Origin: Pirellulales bacterium
Lineage (GTDB): Bacteria > Planctomycetota > Planctomycetia > Pirellulales > JAICIG01
Assembly: GCA_040901675.1 (NCBI GenBank)
Contig: JBBDYJ010000031.1
Coordinates: 249,220-313,219, forward strand
Direction of reading: 5' to 3'
Length of the DNA stretch: 64,000 nucleotides
Shown here: positions 58,645 to 64,000 of the stretch, one piece after another
Position numbering within the stretch: position 1 is the first letter of the stretch
How the letters are laid out: the number at the start of each line of letters is the position of its first letter
Made by a program: the position numbers and the translations under genes
The notes under the pieces: generated by a model
What the model was told of the DNA's origin: nothing
Seen by the model: only the letters and a program-made list of their open reading frames with translations
Databases searched by the model: none

Positions 58645-60048
58645 ATGCGACGGAAAATTCTCGTACCGGCTTTAACCGCCCTTGCCCTCATGGTGTGCCT
58701 GGCACTTGGCGCGGGCACGCTGCGGGCTCAGGCCCGCGACGGCGACAGGGACGACCAGCGCCAAGATCAGGCTCGTCAGGACCAGGACCGCCAGGCCGAC
58801 CAGCGCGAAATGGATGACGACCAGCGCGACAGCTACCTCTTGCGGCAACGCGCGGCCGAGCGCGCCCGGGGCGTCCGGGAGCGGGCCGAACAACGAGCCG
58901 AGCAGTTGCGCCAGCGCGCCCGCGAAGCTGCACCCAGTGAGCGTGCCCAGCGGCCCCTGGACCTCGAATCCCTGGGTGTAACGCTGCGTGAGGACGCAGA
59001 GCAGGACGGCGTGATCGTATTGCGCGTCGAGTCGGACAGCCCGCTGGCCGACGCGGGACTCAGGCGGGGCGATCGAATCGTCTCGATCGATGGCCGCCAG
59101 GTCGGGTTCCAGGACGAGCTGGACCGGCAGATTCAACGGGCCGAATCGCCCGACGAGGTGCGGCTGGGGGTGATGCGCGACGGCCGGCGCGGGACGGTGG
59201 TCGCCGACCTGACCCGCCGTTATGAGGACCGCCCGCTGGTCGACCGGGCCGAGGAGTTTGGCGAAAGGCTCGGCCAGCGCGTCGAACGGTTGACCGAGCG
59301 GCTTGGCCGGGGGGCGGCAGAGGTCGCCGATGACGTCGATGATTGGTTCGACGACGATCGCGACGGGCCGGCGCTGGGCGTCAACTTGCGCGAAGATGCT
59401 CGGGGCGGCGTCGAGATCGCCCGGGTCGAGCCGGGCAGCCCGGCGGCCGAGGCGGGCCTGCGGCCAGGGGACCAGATCCTCACCATCAACGGGCAGCGAG
59501 TTACCTCACGCGGCAGCGTTGGAAGTCTGATCCAGCGGGCGGATCCGGGCGACGACGTGCTGATCGAGATCATCCGTGACGGGCGGCGGCGCACCGCCAG
59601 CGCCACGTTGGTTCCCCGGGGCGAGGTCTTCGGCGACCAAGATGGCCGCCCTTACCGGGAGGAGGGTTTTGAACCGTCTCCCCGTTATGGCCGCCGGACC
59701 GAAGACACCCGGCGGACACGGGCCCGCGGGGCCCTGGGGGTAACCGTGGACGACGACGGGCGCGGCGACGTGTGGATCGAGCGCGTTTATCCTGACGGGC
59801 CGGCCGACGAGGCGGGCTTGCGCCGCGGTGATCAGATTCTGGCCATCGACGGCCGCGACGTGCGCAGCGCCACCGAGCTGGTCGGCAGGCTGGGACGCAT
59901 GCGGGCCGACCAGGAGGTCGAAATCGAGATTGCCCGCGACAGACGCCGCCGCACGATCGAAGCTCGACTCGCTCCCCTGGACGAGGCCTTCTCCTCGGCG
60001 AGGCGCGAGCCCGGCGGCTACGACGACGAGGACGGCCGCGATCGATAA
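58645..60048 (+). CDS. secreted multi-PDZ protein without a protease domain
   Basis: AAGGAG RBS, signal peptide, and three LGV.L...V...SP...AGL..GD.I..I.G domains with D/R/Q-rich linkers. Confidence 0.88.
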   Translation: MRRKILVPALTALALMVCLALGAGTLRAQARDGDRDDQRQDQARQDQDRQADQREMDDDQRDSYLLRQRAAERARGVRERAEQRAEQLRQRAREAAPSERAQRPLDLESLGVTLREDAEQDGVIVLRVESDSPLADAGLRRGDRIVSIDGRQVGFQDELDRQIQRAESPDEVRLGVMRDGRRGTVVADLTRRYEDRPLVDRAEEFGERLGQRVERLTERLGRGAAEVADDVDDWFDDDRDGPALGVNLREDARGGVEIARVEPGSPAAEAGLRPGDQILTINGQRVTSRGSVGSLIQRADPGDDVLIEIIRDGRRRTASATLVPRGEVFGDQDGRPYREEGFEPSPRYGRRTEDTRRTRARGALGVTVDDDGRGDVWIERVYPDGPADEAGLRRGDQILAIDGRDVRSATELVGRLGRMRADQEVEIEIARDRRRRTIEARLAPLDEAFSSARREPGGYDDEDGRDR

Positions 60049-60080
60049 GGACCTGCCGTCCGCCTTCTGGTATAAAATCC

Positions 60081-60121
60081 ACCGTCGCGGAGCACCGAGG
60101 GGTGCCCGCGGCGGTTTTTTT
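60081..60121 (+). terminator. intrinsic terminator
   Basis: ACCGTCGCGGAGCACC-GAGG-GGTGCCCGCGGCGGT followed by a T-tract. Confidence 0.75.
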
Positions 60122-60177
60122 GCCGGCATCGCATGCCGCGGCGGGACGCGCCGAAGCGGTGGGGTATAATAGTGGTA

Positions 60178-61299
60178 ATGCACCGACGCACCAGCAGCCG
60201 CCGCCAGTTCCTGAGGGGACACTCCGCCGTCGAGGCCCTGGCCGACGTGGCCCAGGCACTGCCGACGGCCGGCGCCGCCACCGAGCAGGCGGAACCGGCT
60301 GGCGACCACTACCTGGTTCAGTTCGGCCGCCGGGCCATGGCCTGCCGGTTCGAGGCCTTCCTCAACGCCGGACAGTATCCCCAGGCCAGCGACGTCGTGT
60401 TCGAGGCGCTCGACCTGGTCGACCGGCTCGAAGCGCAGTTGACCGTTTATCGCGACACCAGCGAGCTGATGCGGATCAACCGCTCGGCCGGTGAAGGCCC
60501 CGTGGAGGTCGAACCCGCACTGTTTGCCTTAATCGCACAAGCGGTGCAATTGCACGACGAGACCCAGGGCGCTTTCGACGTCACTTCCGGACCCCTCTCC
60601 AAGGTCTGGGGTTTCTACCGCCGGGCCGGCGCCTTGCCCGGCGAGGCTCAACTGGCCGCGGCCTTGGACTCGGTGGGCAGCCGGTGGCTCGACCTGGACA
60701 GCCAGGCCCGGACCGTACGACTCGGCCGGCCCGGCATGGAATTGAACCTGGGCGCGATCGGCAAAGGTTATGCACTCGACCAGGCCGCGCGGCTGATGCT
60801 CTCCAGGGGTATTGACGATTTCCTCTGGCACGCCGGCAGCTCGAGCGTGCTGGCCCGTGGCAACCGGTCGGGCGCCGGCCCGGACGACGCCGGCAACCCG
60901 GAACAATCGCCCGGTTGGATCGTGGCCCTCGACCATCCGATGCGGCCCGGCCGGCGGTTGGCCGAGATTCGTTTGGTCGATCGGGCACTGGGAACTTCGG
61001 GTTCCGGTACGCAGTTCTTTCGGCACCGGGGGCGGCGCTACGGCCATATCCTCGACCCCCGTACGGGCCGCCCCGCGGAGGGCGTGATCTCCTCGACGGT
61101 CGTCGCCCCGACCGCGGCCGAAGCCGACGCTTTGGCCACTGCCTTTTACATCCTGGGACCCCAGCAGGCACAAGCCTGGTGCCAGCGCCACCCGGAAGTG
61201 GGCATGCTGATGCTGGTGCCCAGCCCGGATCGCAGCGAGTTGCAGGTCGTCTCGGCCGGGCTGGCGGCCGCGGACTGCCGATGGATCACCCAACCCTAA
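60178..61299 (+). CDS. apbE: FAD:protein FMN transferase
   Basis: AM...F, SEL.RIN, GAFDVT.GPL...WG, LNLGAIGKGYALD, TSG, HILDPRTG.P and ADALATA motifs. TATAAT-N7-ATG. Confidence 0.92.
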   Translation: MHRRTSSRRQFLRGHSAVEALADVAQALPTAGAATEQAEPAGDHYLVQFGRRAMACRFEAFLNAGQYPQASDVVFEALDLVDRLEAQLTVYRDTSELMRINRSAGEGPVEVEPALFALIAQAVQLHDETQGAFDVTSGPLSKVWGFYRRAGALPGEAQLAAALDSVGSRWLDLDSQARTVRLGRPGMELNLGAIGKGYALDQAARLMLSRGIDDFLWHAGSSSVLARGNRSGAGPDDAGNPEQSPGWIVALDHPMRPGRRLAEIRLVDRALGTSGSGTQFFRHRGRRYGHILDPRTGRPAEGVISSTVVAPTAAEADALATAFYILGPQQAQAWCQRHPEVGMLMLVPSPDRSELQVVSAGLAAADCRWITQP

Positions 61300-61313
61300 G
61301 TCATGCATAAGTC

Positions 61314-61988
61314 ATGATCGAACTCGAACACGTATCGTATTTGGGTATCGTCGTAGCCCTGATTCTGACAGGGATGGGCTTGCCCGTGCCCGAAGAGGTG
61401 TTCGTAATCATCGCGGGCATCGCCAGCAGCCAGGGAGCGTTGGAACCGGTGCCCGCGCTGGCCGCCTGCCTGCTGGGGGCCATCCTGGGCGACTGTGCCA
61501 TGTACGCAATCGGCTATCATTTCGGGCATGGCTTGCTGCGCGACCATCGCTGGTTCGCCCGGTTTCTCAAGCCCGACCGCGAGCGGCACGTCGAACACAT
61601 GATCCAGAAGCACGGCTTGAAGGTGTTTCTAATAGCCCGCTTCCTGGTCGGGCTGCGCACGCCGGTCTACGTAACCGCCGGCATCTTGCGCGTGCCCTTC
61701 CGGCAGTTCATTGTGGCCGATACGTTCTGCGCCTTTCTGGTAGTCAGCACGTTCTTTGGATTGAGCTATGCCTTCGCCGAACAGATCTCCAGCCTCTGGG
61801 GCCGGATCCGCCAGGCCGAGATCGCGCTGACCGTGGTGATTGTGGCTGGGGTGGCGGCGGTCTTGCTATACTTGTATCTTCGAGGCCGTCGCCGGCTGGC
61901 TCGGCTGGTCCGGCTGCGCAGGATGCGCAAAGCCCGCGAGCACGCGCAAGAGTGCGAGTCGGTCGAACAGACCAGGTCCATCGTGTAA
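61314..61988 (+). CDS. DedA family membrane protein
   Basis: G.P.PEE, GAILGD...Y.IG and ARFL.G.R...AG motifs. Confidence 0.9.
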   Translation: MIELEHVSYLGIVVALILTGMGLPVPEEVFVIIAGIASSQGALEPVPALAACLLGAILGDCAMYAIGYHFGHGLLRDHRWFARFLKPDRERHVEHMIQKHGLKVFLIARFLVGLRTPVYVTAGILRVPFRQFIVADTFCAFLVVSTFFGLSYAFAEQISSLWGRIRQAEIALTVVIVAGVAAVLLYLYLRGRRRLARLVRLRRMRKAREHAQECESVEQTRSIV

Positions 61989-62015
61989 CAGGTGGTCCAA
62001 AAGGAGGAGGCCCGC

Positions 62016-63092
62016 ATGCTCAACCGCTGTCCGAAATTGCCCGCGCTGGCCGCCGGCCTGCTGCTGTCGCTCAGCGTCTGCCTTGCCGGCAGTGCCCCCG
62101 GCGAGGAACCCGACCCAGCGGAGGGTGGCCCCTCGGAGCTGCGGATGCATCGCACCCTGGCCAGCCACATGAGCCGGCTGCACCTGGGCGTTTACTCCGG
62201 CCGCATCACGGCCGTCGCCCGCAGGGCCGGCCGCAGGCTGGAATCGAAACGGCGCAGCGACGATCGCCGCGAGCGCTTGTACATCGATCTCTCCAAGGGG
62301 GGACCCAAGCTCAGCTACGAGTTGGGAACCGACGAGCTGGTGATCAGCGTGGAGATCGTGCAAGGCAACCACGTGACGGTCCGGCGCCAGCGGCAAGGCG
62401 ACTCGAGCTCGCCGGAGCTCGAGCTGAAGCAGCGCGACCACGGGCCACTGACCTTGACCGTGGGCAGCGGCAGCCAACGCAGGCAGGTGCAAGGGCCGAC
62501 CCTCTGGCACCTGCTGCTGGCCGAGCCGGAGCCCAGCCGCAAGGAGTTGATTGGCCTGCTCGAGCTCGTCAAGCCTGACTGGCGCCTGCTGGAAACCACG
62601 CTGGCGATCGAGGACGAGCTGTTCGAGCTGGCCGCGTCCAGCCGGCCCGTCGACGGGGAGAACTGGCACCTGCTGGTCGAGCAGCTCGGCAGCGATTCAT
62701 TCAGCGAACGGCAGTCGGCCGAGCGCAAGCTGCGCACCTTGGGAAAGGAAGCGCTCCCGTTCCTGGCAAGCCTGGACCGCCGCCCGCTCGATGCCGAGCA
62801 GCAGTTTCGCGTCCGGTCGATCATCCAGTCGATGGCCGGACCCGACGGCGACGACACACCCTACAGCGTGGCGGCCTGGACATTGGCCGATCCCAACATC
62901 TGGTACCGGCTGCTCGATCACGCGGACGAGTCGCGCCGGCGAATCGCGGCCGGGCGTCTGACCGAATTGCTGGGCCAGCCGTTGGATTACGAACCGGCCG
63001 CCCCGCCGCACGAGCGGCGAGTCCAACTCGAACGGCTCAAAGCGCGGATGGCCAAGCTGGGGTCGCAGACCACATTGCCCCATGGCGACTGA
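62016..63092 (+). CDS. secreted hypothetical protein with C-terminal HEAT-like motif
   Basis: AGGAGG RBS, signal peptide, and LVEQLGSDSFSERQSAE..L..LG..ALP.L. Confidence 0.75.
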   Translation: MLNRCPKLPALAAGLLLSLSVCLAGSAPGEEPDPAEGGPSELRMHRTLASHMSRLHLGVYSGRITAVARRAGRRLESKRRSDDRRERLYIDLSKGGPKLSYELGTDELVISVEIVQGNHVTVRRQRQGDSSSPELELKQRDHGPLTLTVGSGSQRRQVQGPTLWHLLLAEPEPSRKELIGLLELVKPDWRLLETTLAIEDELFELAASSRPVDGENWHLLVEQLGSDSFSERQSAERKLRTLGKEALPFLASLDRRPLDAEQQFRVRSIIQSMAGPDGDDTPYSVAAWTLADPNIWYRLLDHADESRRRIAAGRLTELLGQPLDYEPAAPPHERRVQLERLKARMAKLGSQTTLPHGD

Positions 63093-63167
63093 TCAGCGAT
63101 TCCCCCCCCCCGGCAGCCCTTTTCTGGTCCTACGCATCCTTCCTCCTGCTGCCTTCATCCTTCAGCA

Positions 63168-64000
63168 TCAGTCCCACCACCAGGCGGTGCGAGGCGTGCC
63201 GGCGGGGCGCGATCGCGAGCGTTCGCTGTCCAGCTTGCCAAGCCGGTCGACTTCGACGCCGCCGGGCTCGACGATCGACGAAGCGTCGACGCGCACTCCG
63301 CCGCTGACTGCGGCCAGAATGTGCTTCTTGTTGACCACCCGATGATTGACCACCGAATCCACCGTCCGGCTGGGACGCGCCGCCGCGACGACGAACTGGT
63401 CCGCGTCGCCAAAGCACAGCATCCGCCAACCGGCCCGGTCGCTTAGTCCTTCGCTCTTGAGCAAGGCCGACACCAGCGCCAGATCGAACACGTTCTGCAG
63501 CTCGGCGTAGACCGGATACTTGGCTGCCAGCGCCGCGAAGTGCTTCGTAAAGCGATGGGCGAACTCCTGGGCCAGCTCGTCCGACTTGCCCGTCGCCACC
63601 CGCTTGCCTTCGGCCGTGAGCAGCTCATTTTCGCTCAGCACCTTGACCCCCTGGCCTCGCACCTCGAACACGTCGCGCTGGGGGCTGCCCCGCAAGGCCT
63701 GATAGTTGAGCGTAAACCAGAGGCGCAGCACGCCGAGCGGCGGCGGCTGGCGGCCGGCGGGAACCTGGACCAGATCCAGGTAGCTGGGCACGTCGAGCGT
63801 GCCTTCTTCCAGGCCGAGTCCGACCAGCTTCATGTGGTAGTCGGCCTCGACCAGAATCCGCGCCACGCGGCTGGCGGCGTCGATGCCGAACACTTTGACG
63901 TTCTGCGGTCCCAAGGCATCGCGCAGTTTCGATACCCATTGCTTGGCCTGCCCCGGCTTGAGCGCGGCCGACGACTGATCGAGGAACGACTGGGCGTTGG
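63168..64000 (-). CDS. DUF1598 domain protein (5' part outside the window)
   Basis: ARILVEADYHMK..G.G, R.WF, YAELQN.FDLA, VSGGV and C-terminal WWWD. Confidence 0.85.
   Translation of the reverse strand, partial: NAQSFLDQSSAALKPGQAKQWVSKLRDALGPQNVKVFGIDAASRVARILVEADYHMKLVGLGLEEGTLDVPSYLDLVQVPAGRQPPPLGVLRLWFTLNYQALRGSPQRDVFEVRGQGVKVLSENELLTAEGKRVATGKSDELAQEFAHRFTKHFAALAAKYPVYAELQNVFDLALVSALLKSEGLSDRAGWRMLCFGDADQFVVAAARPSRTVDSVVNHRVVNKKHILAAVSGGVRVDASSIVEPGGVEVDRLGKLDSERSRSRPAGTPRTAWWWD

Overview
GC-rich window from a planctomycete, probably Pirellulales. The assignment rests on the 16S gene carrying the Pla46 and Pla886 target sequences and on DUF1501, DUF1549/1553 and DUF1598 genes. Contents in order: a stand-alone 16S rRNA gene with its own promoter, boxA, processing stem and terminator (2.1-4.1 kb); an ABC-transporter-dependent surface polysaccharide cluster (6.7-22.6 kb); CbiM-PDGLE, a Cys-rich metal-binding protein and a phosphoesterase; an accessory island at about 26.4-34.3 kb; two DUF1501/DUF1549-1553/PPC-domain modules; tRNA-Ser(GCT); an M28-PDZ peptidase; lutA; two tandem LRR genes; and housekeeping genes. 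The island is the most unusual part. It is lower in GC and encodes a 1015-aa protein with a planctomycete export motif, Ig-like repeats and a C-terminal GYSQG hydrolase. That gene is followed by a coupled helical protein and four diverged paralogous membrane proteins, a layout resembling polymorphic toxin/immunity loci. The island is bracketed by a degenerate direct duplication that includes a 69-bp element (direct repeat + RBS + ATG) fronting a different gene at each copy. Intergenic regions are full of REP-like palindromes and 7-, 8- and 9-nt tandem repeats, some arranged like cassette boundaries. No CRISPR array, integrase, transposase or reverse transcriptase was seen. All assignments are by eye from motifs; no database searches were run.
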